NCBI GenBank assembly: GCA_030602705.1
Contig: JAUVZF010000005.1
Coordinates: forward strand, 2,663 to 66,662
Source of the DNA: Planctomycetota bacterium
Lineage (GTDB): Bacteria; Planctomycetota; Phycisphaerae; FEN-1346
Direction of reading: 5' to 3'
DNA: 64,000 nt
A program made the translations under genes and the position numbers. Below are positions 56,292 through 64,000 of this stretch, one piece after another. The notes under the pieces were generated by a model. It was not told the origin of the DNA. It did not search any database and saw only the letters and a program-made list of their open reading frames with translations. Each line of letters begins with the position of its first letter. The stretch's first letter is position 1.

Positions 56292-57010
56292 GAGGAGCCC
56301 TTTCCGTTGCTCGCCATGAGATTGTGGCCGGCTCTCGACGTACGCAATCTGCCGTGGGAGCAGGCGACGAACACGGGACAGGCGCGGCGTGAGGGCGGAC
56401 AGAGCACCACCGCTGAAGAACGGCCGGACCTCTGGTCCAGGCATGCGCTCAACATTCTCTCCCATCCCAGCAGCGCCAACTAGGACGGTTATCGGACGTT
56501 CTCCGCCGACGGCTTGAGGAATTCTTGCACGGATTCGGAGTCTGTGAGACGGAGCCGCACCAGGCGTCTTGGGGAAGACGAATCAGGGCGGGCACGTTCT
56601 TCGCATCTCCGGCGGCGCTGCCGACGAGACACACGAACTCTCTCGCCCCGGCGCCGGAGGCGTCTGTTCCAACAAGGACCGAACGCGAGAACCTAGCACA
56701 CGCCCTGCCCGCCTGTCCGAAGTCCGGACCCGTTCCGGGGAAGACCGCCGGGTGGATGGACTCCAGGAAGATAGAGTGGTGGTATCGGCGGGCGAGGCGC
56801 CTCGCCCGGGCCTGCCGACGGCCAGATACCCCAGGACGCCCAGCACGAGGACGGCACGATGTGGGTCTGGGACTTCGAGGTCACGCTGCTGTAGCCGCAT
56901 CACACATCTGCCTTCGCCCCGGTCATAGCCATGGCTGGGGCGCTCTCCGGGCCTTCGGGCCAGCCTTGACCGTTGCAGCAGAGAATCGGCCAACGACTTC
57001 CATCTGAGGC

Positions 57011-58081
57011 TTGGCGCGCCGCCCGGCGCCGGTTAGACTCCGCCATCACAGTCCAGGCGATGGGAATGGCACACGTCTGGCGAGGGGCCCTGCGTTGGCA
57101 GACGACTTCTCCGACACGATCATTGACGCCATCGACCGCGAGGTGCTCTCGCTTCTGCGCACGGCGTCGCCGGACTGGAGCCCGGCAGACGTCGACCGGA
57201 TGCCACACAACCGTGCCGTGGCCTTGGCCTTGCTGGTCCAAAGCCACCTCGTTGAAATGCGTTTGCACGTCCGGGCGTGGGGAGAAGGGACGCCGCGGGT
57301 CGTCCACGCCGACTGCATTGTCTCCGGCCGCTGGCGCGACGTCCTGCCCGAGGAGGTGCGCCGCGCGATTCCGGATTTCCCAGGCCATGTCATGGTCCAG
57401 CCGGAGCCGCAGTTTGAGTACCGCCTGACGCTCGAGGGCCAGGAGGCCCAGCGGGACGCCACGAGGGCACAGGGCCCCGACCTCATCGGCTTCCTCATCG
57501 CCATCAAACGGGTGCTTCCGGGCCGGGTGCAGGTCCGTATCACAGGCTTTGGCGAGGAGACACATGAGCAGATCCCGACGGCAGTCGCCTCGTCGCAGGC
57601 GAGTGCGAGTGTGGGGGATGTTGACATTAGCCTCGCGCCGGTCTTCAACATCGACGTCTCGAAGGTCGTCCATCCCCAGGAGCAGACGGGGCACGGCAGA
57701 GCCGAGGCGCCGGAAGAAAGCCATCCTGCTCCGGAAGCCACTGATGGCACGAAAGGGCGGCCGCTGGAATCTGAGGAGTCCGACGATCCCGTGGACAGGC
57801 TGCCGAACCGGGTGCGTCGGGCCTATGCTCAGTATCTGCTCGCCGCGGAGCAGTACGAGGGCAACGCAGGCGGACCACCAACGGACCGCCAGTTGCACGC
57901 TTGGCTGAAGCGCCACTCCGAGGAGCGTCTGCCAGCCTTCGAGACGTGGGCGAGATACCTCCGGGATGCTCGACAGGCCTTGGGTACGCAGAAGAACTCC
58001 CCGCTCGCGGGCCGCGAACACGGCCGGTCCGTTGTTTCCTGCCACGACGTTGAGCCGCTCCGCCGACACGAGGTGGACTAA
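57011..58081 (+). CDS. Hypothetical protein (356 aa; start uncertain).
   Basis: High GC3 in this frame. The antisense ORF 56900..58069 was judged spurious. Confidence 0.4.
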   Translation: MARRPAPVRLRHHSPGDGNGTRLARGPALADDFSDTIIDAIDREVLSLLRTASPDWSPADVDRMPHNRAVALALLVQSHLVEMRLHVRAWGEGTPRVVHADCIVSGRWRDVLPEEVRRAIPDFPGHVMVQPEPQFEYRLTLEGQEAQRDATRAQGPDLIGFLIAIKRVLPGRVQVRITGFGEETHEQIPTAVASSQASASVGDVDISLAPVFNIDVSKVVHPQEQTGHGRAEAPEESHPAPEATDGTKGRPLESEESDDPVDRLPNRVRRAYAQYLLAAEQYEGNAGGPPTDRQLHAWLKRHSEERLPAFETWARYLRDARQALGTQKNSPLAGREHGRSVVSCHDVEPLRRHEVD

Positions 58082-58267
58082 AGCGGACCCCTCCGCAGAA
58101 ATCCCCCCTCCTTCCCGCCTGACCGAAGTGCCTTAGCATCAGCAGCTTACTGTTCCCTGGTGCGGATTCCGCGCCGGCATCCGCCCCCCATCCGCCCATC
58201 CGTTTTATGGACTGTGGAATCGCGCGTGCGGAATCACACACGGATGGTTCCGAAAGGAGAAGCGGCC

Positions 58268-58474
58268 ATGATCGGCACGAAGCAGGCGGCGGCCATCCTG
58301 GGTGTCCGGCCGGGGACGCTGACCCGAGCGATATGGGAAGGGCGCATCCCTGCACCCGCGAAGGGGCCCGGCGGGGCCTACGTCTGGAGCCGCCGGGACA
58401 TCGAGCGCGCCAGTTGGGTGCTACGGCACTGCAGCGCCGCCAATGTCCTGCCCGAGGAACGGGGTGACCGGTGA
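58268..58474 (+). CDS. Excisionase/AlpA-like HTH DNA-binding protein (~68 aa).
   Basis: MIGTKQAAAILGVRPGTLTRAIWEGRIPAPAKGPGGAYVWSRRDIE is the HTH_17/Xis-like pattern. Confidence 0.5.
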   Translation: MIGTKQAAAILGVRPGTLTRAIWEGRIPAPAKGPGGAYVWSRRDIERASWVLRHCSAANVLPEERGDR

Positions 58475-58734
58475 AAACGGACACCTCCAAGACCAAACCC
58501 GTCGGCCGGTTTACGGTCTGGGTCGAGCGCGCCGAACCGTCCCCTGAAAGCCAGGAGCGCTGGTCCCGTCGCGCCGAGGCGTTGTGCGCATGGCTTGTGC
58601 GCCGGTGGGAGGAGAAGCGATCAGAAAGGGAATGCGCATGAGACAGGTGGAACGCGCCTGGTCTGGTTTGAGGGGTGGATCTCGCTTGTGCAGCGGGCGG
58701 CCACGGCTGCGGTGTGGATGATCGAGGGGGCGCG

Positions 58735-59382
58735 ATGAGCATCCTGGAGACGGCCACGTCGTATCGCCGCACCGGCCTGTGCGTCCTGCCGGCCATTGCG
58801 ACCGAAAAACGGCCGGCCCTCTCCTCCTGGAAGCCGTACCAGACCCGTCTGCCGACCGACGACGAACTGCGCGCCTGGTTCACGGACAGCCAGGTCATGT
58901 GCCTAGTTACCGGGGCCGTCAGCGGCAACCTCGAGATGCTCGACTTCGATGGCGGCGGTGCACTGTACGGTCCGTGGGCCGAACTCGTCATGAGTGAAGC
59001 CCCGGGGCTTCTGGAGCGGCTCGTCATTGAGCGCTCGCCGTCGGGTGGTTGCCACGTCGTTTACCGGTCCGAAGTGGCCGTGTCCGGCAACCAGAAACTT
59101 GCCCAGCAGCTCGTCGACGGGCGGCCGGTCACGCTCATCGAAACGCGTGGTGAAGGTGGCCTCTTCCTGTGCGACCCGACTCCCGGCTACGAACTCAAGC
59201 AAAGCCGGTTCGAGGACATGCCAACCCTCTCGGCCGTTGAGCGCGACGTCCTGATCAAGGCGGCCGGGGCGCTGAACGAGGTTATCCCCGGGCCCGACTC
59301 GCCTCGTGTGCCATCCGAGCCATGCGGTCGGCCCGGCGGGAGAGTGCCGTCTGAGTCCGCCGGTCGTGCCGTTGACCTGTGA
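58735..59382 (+). CDS. Bifunctional primase-polymerase (Prim-Pol) N-terminal-domain protein.
   Basis: GLCVLPAIATEKRPALSSWKPYQT...NLEMLDFDGGG...LIETRGEGGLFLCDPTPG matches the Prim-Pol motif pattern. Start MSILETAT after GAGGGGG. Confidence 0.65.
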   Translation: MSILETATSYRRTGLCVLPAIATEKRPALSSWKPYQTRLPTDDELRAWFTDSQVMCLVTGAVSGNLEMLDFDGGGALYGPWAELVMSEAPGLLERLVIERSPSGGCHVVYRSEVAVSGNQKLAQQLVDGRPVTLIETRGEGGLFLCDPTPGYELKQSRFEDMPTLSAVERDVLIKAAGALNEVIPGPDSPRVPSEPCGRPGGRVPSESAGRAVDL

Positions 59383-59851
59383 GGGCCAGCACCGCGACGA
59401 TACGCCCGGCCACTGGCCCATCGTGTTCGCGTCGGGCTGGTGCGGCCAGTATCGACCGCGGGAATCGCCGGAGGCGAGGCCGGCCGAGCCCGAACCTGAG
59501 AAAACCGGGGCACGGGAGCGGTTGTGCAGACCTGTAAGGCGGTCGGGAAGGCACCGAGAGGACGATCAGGAAGACGCTGAAGGCGAACCGACGCTCATCA
59601 TCGACGGCAACGCCCTGACGATCCGCTGGAACAACTTGGCCGCAGGCGGCATCTGCCCCGTCTGTGGCGGACCGACGGACCCGCAGGAGGGACCGGAACT
59701 GTGCATTCGTGGAACGTGGAAGGTCGTCTGCCACGAGTGCGGCAAACGGCTGAATCCTGAGCTGATGGCAACACTCCAGGAGATGTGGGACGATCCGGCA
59801 TGGCCGCACCATGCGTACCTGTTCGGCCGGGCCGAGACGCCTTCGCGCTGA
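59306..59851 (+). CDS. Hypothetical Zn-finger protein (CPVCGG...CHECG). It overlaps the Prim-Pol 3' end in another frame, so the start is uncertain.
   Basis: ORF with a C4 motif. It may be a frameshifted continuation of the Prim-Pol gene or a separate gene. Confidence 0.35.
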   Translation: MCHPSHAVGPAGECRLSPPVVPLTCEGQHRDDTPGHWPIVFASGWCGQYRPRESPEARPAEPEPEKTGARERLCRPVRRSGRHREDDQEDAEGEPTLIIDGNALTIRWNNLAAGGICPVCGGPTDPQEGPELCIRGTWKVVCHECGKRLNPELMATLQEMWDDPAWPHHAYLFGRAETPSR

Positions 59852-60052
59852 GGTGGGACCCTGATGGGCGGCGTTGCCGGCCACGAGGGCCCGTCCGCTC
59901 CAGGAGTTCCGACAGCGATGATGGATATGTGGGGAATAGGTACTTCGCCGCCGGCGGTCCGTTCTCGATGGCCGCGGGAACAATCGCAGGCCATCTTTTA
60001 GTTTGTTTGTTAGCGCGCGAAAACGCCGCGATGTTAGCGCAGGAGGCCAGAC

Positions 60053-60514
60053 ATGGCATTGACGCCGCACATGGAGACCATCCTGACGGCCGTGCTGCAC
60101 GACATGCGCCGGATCGAAGCCGTCCCGGACCGCCCCCTGCCCAGCATGGACCGGGACACATGGCGTACGCTCTGCCAGGAGAAGCAGGAACTCAGCCTCC
60201 ACGGCGTGCGCTACGACTTGGCTCGGTGGCTCGGCTATCCGCCCACGCGGTCCGACTCGGCAGTCTTCTCCCGGGCGCTTCGGCGCATGGAGGACCTGGG
60301 CCTCCTGGTCCGTGTGAACTACTGGGGCGGCCGACGGACAACGCACCTACGGCTCACGCCCCTGGGGAGGCGCGTCGTGGAGCAGTTCATGGCTGCGGAC
60401 AACGCAGCGGAGGGGGCCGGCACAGAGGTGAACAACGGCGTGCCCATCGACTGGGCCCACCCCGACCTCTTGCCCCTGGAGCCGCCGCCGGAAGACGGGT
60501 TGGCCGACAATTAA
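60053..60514 (+). CDS. Hypothetical wHTH-like protein (153 aa).
   Basis: ...RALRRMEDLGLLVRV... helix-wing pattern. Preceded by an AT-richer region with duplicated GTTAGCGC. Confidence 0.45.
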   Translation: MALTPHMETILTAVLHDMRRIEAVPDRPLPSMDRDTWRTLCQEKQELSLHGVRYDLARWLGYPPTRSDSAVFSRALRRMEDLGLLVRVNYWGGRRTTHLRLTPLGRRVVEQFMAADNAAEGAGTEVNNGVPIDWAHPDLLPLEPPPEDGLADN

Positions 60515-60588
60515 GTGGATTCCCCCGGCCCCGTGAGTAAAGGTCCAGGTGCGGCCGGGTCGGCCGGCACGGGACAAGGAGAAGCGAC

Positions 60589-62379
60589 ATGGCAGCCAAG
60601 CGCAAGGTCAGGGCGGTCGGATATGCCCGACGCTCGACGGACATGCAAGAGCGGTCCATCCCGGACCAGAAGGCCTACGTCCAGCGCTGGGCCGAGGAAC
60701 ATGGCTACACGATCCGCCGGTGGTTCACGGACGACGCCGTCTCGGGCACGTCCACCAAAGGCCGCGAGGCCTTCGAACGATTCATCCACGACGCCGAGAA
60801 CAGCCGCGACTTCGACGCGGTGCTTTGCTACGACATTTCCCGCTTCTCCCGCGGCGGTACGAACGAGATTGGCTACTACCTGTATCGCCTTGAGCAGGCC
60901 GGCGTCCGGGTCATCTTTTGTGCGGAGGCCCTTCCCGATGACGACGGCGGCGAACTCCTGTTGGGCGTCAAGTCGTGGCAGGCTCATCAGTACAGCGTGA
61001 AGTTGTCGCGCGACTGCATCCGAGGGGCCGTCTCCAGCATCACGGTCAAACGCAGCGCCCCCGGCGGCCGGGCGCCCTACGGCTACGACAAGCGGTTCCT
61101 GACGGCCGACGGCCAGGTCCTTCGGACCATCCGGTACCTGCCCGACGGGCGCAAACGGGAGTTCGACGCCCAGGGCCGCCACGTCCGGTTCATCCCGGGC
61201 TCGGAGGGGGTCGGTAAGGTGAAGTCCGACGTCGTTCGCTACGTGCCCGGCGATCCGCAGTACGTGAAGACCGTCCGCCGCATCTTCGAGATGTGCTGCC
61301 AGGGCTACGGGTTCCGCTGCACCGCCATCGCCCTGAATGACGACGGTATCCCGAGCCCGACCGGTGGCCGCTGGAACCACAGGCAGGTCAAACTGATGCT
61401 CACCAACCCCGTCTACCGCGGCGCGCTCTGCTACAACAAAACAAGCCAGGCGAAGATACACGGAATCGCGGCCGACGGTCGGCCCCGCACGAGGCAGGGC
61501 AAGGGCACGGAACGAAACAGCCGCGACCGCTGGCTCGTCGTCGAGGATGTGCACGAGCCGCTCGTGAGCAAGGAGGTCTTCGAGAAGGCCCGGGCCGAGA
61601 TGGCCTGCCGACGCGACGCCAAGGGTGAGGCGCGGCCGACGCACCGATACCTCTTGTCGGGCCTGCTCAAGTGCACCCACTGCCGTCTGAACTTCTGGGG
61701 CGCCATCCTGACGCTGTACCCCAAGAACGCTCGCCGCCGCTATTATGTGGACGCCGGGTACAGGAAGTACGGGCCGAAGGTGTGCAAGTCGACCAGCATC
61801 CAGGCCGAGCCGCTGGACCGCTGGGTGCTGGGCAAGGTCCGCGAGGTCATCCTGGCCGACGCCGAGGGGACTCAGGCGGCGGTGGACGCGTTCGTCAAGG
61901 CCGTCATGGCCAAGCAGAAACGCGGTGCGGATACGTCGGCCATCGAGAAGGAATTGGCGGCCGTGAACAGGCGCATCAAGACCACGGTCGCCATGCTGGC
62001 CGACCACGACTTGGCGGACATGGACGAACTCAAGGTGGCGCTGGTGGACCTGAAGCGTCAGCGCGAACTGCTGGAGGCCAGGAAGGAGAAGGCGGCGGGC
62101 AAGAAGGGCGAACGGCTTGACGAGGCCGCGCTGCGGAAGTGGGCGATGGAAAAACTCGACCGGCTGGGCGAGGCCCTGGACGGGAACCTCTCGCCGCTGG
62201 AGACGCGGCGGCTGGTCCACAGTTACGTGAGCCACATCGACATCGACCCGTACGCCTGCACCGGCACCATGTTCATGGTGCCCGACGCCCTGGCCGCCCT
62301 CGAGGCCGAATCTATCAGACGAGTGAACGTATCCTCAAGAAGATTGCCGTGGTGTGTGTCGAACCAACTCGGGACATAG
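60589..62379 (+). CDS. Large serine recombinase (integrase).
   Basis: N-terminal resolvase domain (AVGYARRSTDMQ with catalytic Ser, VLCYDISRFSR), recombinase domain, zinc ribbon (CTHCRLNFWG...C), and C-terminal coiled coil. Confidence 0.85.
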   Translation: MAAKRKVRAVGYARRSTDMQERSIPDQKAYVQRWAEEHGYTIRRWFTDDAVSGTSTKGREAFERFIHDAENSRDFDAVLCYDISRFSRGGTNEIGYYLYRLEQAGVRVIFCAEALPDDDGGELLLGVKSWQAHQYSVKLSRDCIRGAVSSITVKRSAPGGRAPYGYDKRFLTADGQVLRTIRYLPDGRKREFDAQGRHVRFIPGSEGVGKVKSDVVRYVPGDPQYVKTVRRIFEMCCQGYGFRCTAIALNDDGIPSPTGGRWNHRQVKLMLTNPVYRGALCYNKTSQAKIHGIAADGRPRTRQGKGTERNSRDRWLVVEDVHEPLVSKEVFEKARAEMACRRDAKGEARPTHRYLLSGLLKCTHCRLNFWGAILTLYPKNARRRYYVDAGYRKYGPKVCKSTSIQAEPLDRWVLGKVREVILADAEGTQAAVDAFVKAVMAKQKRGADTSAIEKELAAVNRRIKTTVAMLADHDLADMDELKVALVDLKRQRELLEARKEKAAGKKGERLDEAALRKWAMEKLDRLGEALDGNLSPLETRRLVHSYVSHIDIDPYACTGTMFMVPDALAALEAESIRRVNVSSRRLPWCVSNQLGT

Positions 62380-63125
62380 CGCCACGAGTCACATGAACCG
62401 CTGCCCCACATCTCCCAGGCACAAACGCTGTCCCGGTCAAAACCCACGGGAAGGATCGGAGCCGCCCAACCACCCTTTGCGAAGGACAGGAAGTAGTGCA
62501 GCGCGGTTAGGATTTCCTCTGCGTCACGTTGGCCAATTGCCTGCTCGTCGTCGCGCTCAACCAGCCCTACTTGCGTAATCGCAAATCCCCCGGACTCCTT
62601 CAGGAGTTTGACGTGCTCCCGCGTCGTAACGAGGAGGGACAGGGCGATTCTCCAACCATCCGCCGATAGGGTGACCCGATCAATCCGGTGCTGCTTCTTT
62701 CCTTCCCCTGCGGTTGCAGCGGCTGTACCTGTGAATGCGGGAAAGTTCACGAGATGGAAAACCACGTGCGTGATATTCTTCGCGCCTGGCCTGAGGGCAG
62801 TAATCGGCTCGCATGTTGGCGTCAGCACAAGGTGCTTGCCCTCGGCCCGCACGCACAATGTGGGAACAACAATCTCGCGCTCCGTGAAGGTCAGTTCCGA
62901 ACCCACTTCATCGATGAGTATGAAGGGGGAACCGTTCTCGACTTCTACTTCGAAGACAAGGCGTGGCGCGGGGAGAAATCGCACGGACACCTGGGCGGTT
63001 CCCGTCACTTGCTCTCCACGAATTTCGAGGCTGACTGCTTCCCGGGCTAGGGAAATGGTCTCGTTGGGCGAAGGGGTCGTGTAAATGGGCGTGATTCCCT
63101 GCGACACGTTGTCGTTCGAGCCCAT
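62223..63125 (-). CDS. Hypothetical protein (300 aa). Its 3' end overlaps the recombinase 3' end convergently by ~150 nt.
   Basis: ORF with no motif. The overlap suggests one of the two C-termini is an artefactual extension or an insertion junction. Confidence 0.4.
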   Translation of the reverse strand: MGSNDNVSQGITPIYTTPSPNETISLAREAVSLEIRGEQVTGTAQVSVRFLPAPRLVFEVEVENGSPFILIDEVGSELTFTEREIVVPTLCVRAEGKHLVLTPTCEPITALRPGAKNITHVVFHLVNFPAFTGTAAATAGEGKKQHRIDRVTLSADGWRIALSLLVTTREHVKLLKESGGFAITQVGLVERDDEQAIGQRDAEEILTALHYFLSFAKGGWAAPILPVGFDRDSVCAWEMWGSGSCDSWRYVPSWFDTHHGNLLEDTFTRLIDSASRAARASGTMNMVPVQAYGSMSMWLT

Positions 63126-63190
63126 GGCTAATCGATCCTGACGACCGCCTCCGCGGTGGTATCATCGCAAAGGCTGCTGCACTTTATGCC

Positions 63191-63730
63191 CTAGCGAGCC
63201 TTGCCGCTCCCGTCTTGCGTCATTGCCATCGAGAACAGGTGCAGCGTTCTCATCGTATCATCATCGTGGTAGGGCCGTTCGCCAATGACGGTCTGTGCAA
63301 TCTCTCTCATGAGGTCCCGGAAGTCCCACAGGACAATGCTATGTCGCCGGGCCTCTTCGGCTACGCCCTGCTCCCATCCCCACGAAACGATTACCTTGGT
63401 GTAGTTGCCGTTGCGGAAGCCAAACTTCGCCAAGGTTTCCAAAACGCTAGGGTTTCCGAACTTGCGCTCGACGAAATAGCCCAGTGTTCGTCTCTGGCCA
63501 GCAGCCTTGACGCGCTGTTTCAGATCCTCGCTGCTGAAGGGCTTGGTCGTCAACTTGCTGTATGCGCCGGAGATGGAGACGCCGCTCTCGATGTGGTAGC
63601 GCTCAAGATTGACCGGATCCACGGCCAACAGATCGATTTCAAGTTGGCCCTTGCACTTGATGTTGGGGATCGTGGCCCAGCCCTTGACGTAGCGGACGTA
63701 GGCTTCAACTACCTTCTCGGTCGTTTCCAT
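63191..63730 (-). CDS. Hypothetical protein (179 aa), possibly nuclease-fold; lower GC.
   Basis: ORF. Segment ...GQLEIDLLAVDP...YHIESGV... weakly resembles a PD-(D/E)xK nuclease. Confidence 0.4.
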   Translation of the reverse strand: METTEKVVEAYVRYVKGWATIPNIKCKGQLEIDLLAVDPVNLERYHIESGVSISGAYSKLTTKPFSSEDLKQRVKAAGQRRTLGYFVERKFGNPSVLETLAKFGFRNGNYTKVIVSWGWEQGVAEEARRHSIVLWDFRDLMREIAQTVIGERPYHDDDTMRTLHLFSMAMTQDGSGKAR

Positions 63731-63732
63731 CG

Positions 63733-64000
63733 CTATCGGGTTTCCTTAGCCCCAAGCCCCTCCAGCCTCGGTCGGATCAGGTTCTTAGCATCCCAGGGAT
63801 CGGCGATCTCGATGAACGCCCACCGCCCGAAGCCGCCGTGGTTGTTGACGGCGGGGACCCAGAGGTCGCGCGCCGTGGCGACCTTGGCCTCCTTGTCCTT
63901 CCTGCGCTCGCCCGTCACTTCGACGATGAGATTCAGTGGCTCCTCGGGGCCGCGGCCGTCGTCGAGGCGAACGATGAAGTCGGGGACGTAGTTTCGCTGC
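63733..64000 (-). CDS. C-terminal tail of a restriction-endonuclease-like protein (Type III Res-like nuclease-domain end); partial, the N-terminus runs off the window end.
   Basis: The frame is open to the window edge: ...QRNYVPDFIVRLDDGRGPEEPLNLIVEVTGERRKDKEAKVATARDLWVPAVNNHGGFGRWAFIEIADPWDAKNLIRPRLEGL. The YxPDF...(I/L)xVE(V)(K/T)G...AVNNxGxFGRWAF pattern is what I recall from Res-subunit C-termini. The ORF track lists only the last 61 aa from an internal GTG. Confidence 0.45.
   Translation of the reverse strand, partial: QRNYVPDFIVRLDDGRGPEEPLNLIVEVTGERRKDKEAKVATARDLWVPAVNNHGGFGRWAFIEIADPWDAKNLIRPRLEGLGAKETR

Larger units (their letters stand above)
57011..62379. mobile_element. Integrative-element-like block on the plus strand: hypothetical protein, Xis/AlpA-like HTH, small ORF, Prim-Pol, Zn-finger protein, wHTH protein, large serine recombinase. 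Boundaries and att sites were not identified.
   Basis: Strand switch after 41 kb of minus-strand genes. The gene content is typical of PICI/satellite-like or small integrative elements, with the recombinase gene at the right edge. Confidence 0.45.

Noticed and set aside
56292-57010. About 700-bp ORF-poor region between the sigma-54 activator gene and the integrative element, considered as the left att site of the element or as an ncRNA.
   Set aside because: Only a weak CACATCT-CC similarity to the sequence at 62395-62410 was seen. There is insufficient evidence to call an att site.
11770-64000. A complete Type III restriction-modification system, combining the Mod-like methyltransferase at 11.8-14.6 kb with the Res-like tail at 63.7 kb.
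   Set aside because: The two genes are about 49 kb apart with roughly 70 genes between them. They are not an operon.

Overview
High-GC bacterial chromosomal segment with strong AAGGAGG-type Shine-Dalgarno sites. The table below is in window order, and all calls come from reading the translations and DNA directly; no database search or gene finder was available.

| Region (bp) | Strand | Content |
|---|---|---|
| 1-2098 | - | Tail of an ATP synthase operon: atpD (beta), atpC (epsilon) and a partial AtpZ/AtpI-like membrane gene. This order is typical of N-type ATPase operons. |
| 2266-7884 | mixed | FAD/NAD(P) oxidoreductase, a secreted hypothetical protein, and an OmpR-family response regulator translationally coupled to a sensor histidine kinase. 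|
| ~8.3-11.5 kb | mixed | Lower-GC insertion: Rep-like wHTH protein with internal iteron-like repeats, small serine recombinase, XRE regulator, DUF2752 and TM2 membrane proteins. |
| 11770-15149 | - | 944-aa orphan N6-adenine DNA methyltransferase (DPPY motif before FxGxG) followed directly by a small protein with an R-x4-H HEPN-like motif. |
| ~15.3-56.3 kb | - | About 60 consecutive minus-strand genes forming one greatly expanded gas-vesicle (gvp) locus; details below. |
| 57.0-62.4 kb | + | Integrative-element-like block: Xis/AlpA-like HTH, Prim-Pol, large serine recombinase. |
| 62.2-64.0 kb | - | Two hypothetical proteins and the C-terminal tail of a Type-III-Res-like nuclease running off the window edge. 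|

The gas-vesicle locus contains the canonical genes gvpA, two GvpJ/M-like genes (one with a C-terminal zinc ribbon), gvpK, gvpG, gvpO, three GvpF/L genes, two gvpN, an Hsp20 (GvpH-like) and a GvpC-like 45-aa-repeat protein. It is interleaved with components not seen in textbook gvp clusters:
- an Hsp70, a GvpL with a C-terminal J-domain, and six paralogous proteins carrying DnaJ-type CxxCxGxG zinc-finger repeats, often fused to a winged helix-turn-helix (wHTH) domain;
- a GvpF/L whose N-terminus resembles the archaeal/eukaryotic ribosomal P-stalk (aL12/P1/P2) dimerisation domain;
- twelve or more copies of a small wHTH domain family with an x-Y-A-R-x-x-C-R-x-L signature;
- two tandem-duplicated ArsA/Get3-like ATPases and a Cdc48-like double AAA+ ATPase;
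- two B12-binding radical SAM enzymes, one preceded by a 60-aa acidic peptide;
- a proline-rich octapeptide-repeat protein flanked by two small 'YSTG' paralogs;
- a PspF-like sigma-54 activator with a consensus -24/-12 promoter about 570 bp upstream of gvpA.

No rRNA, tRNA or CRISPR array was recognised.
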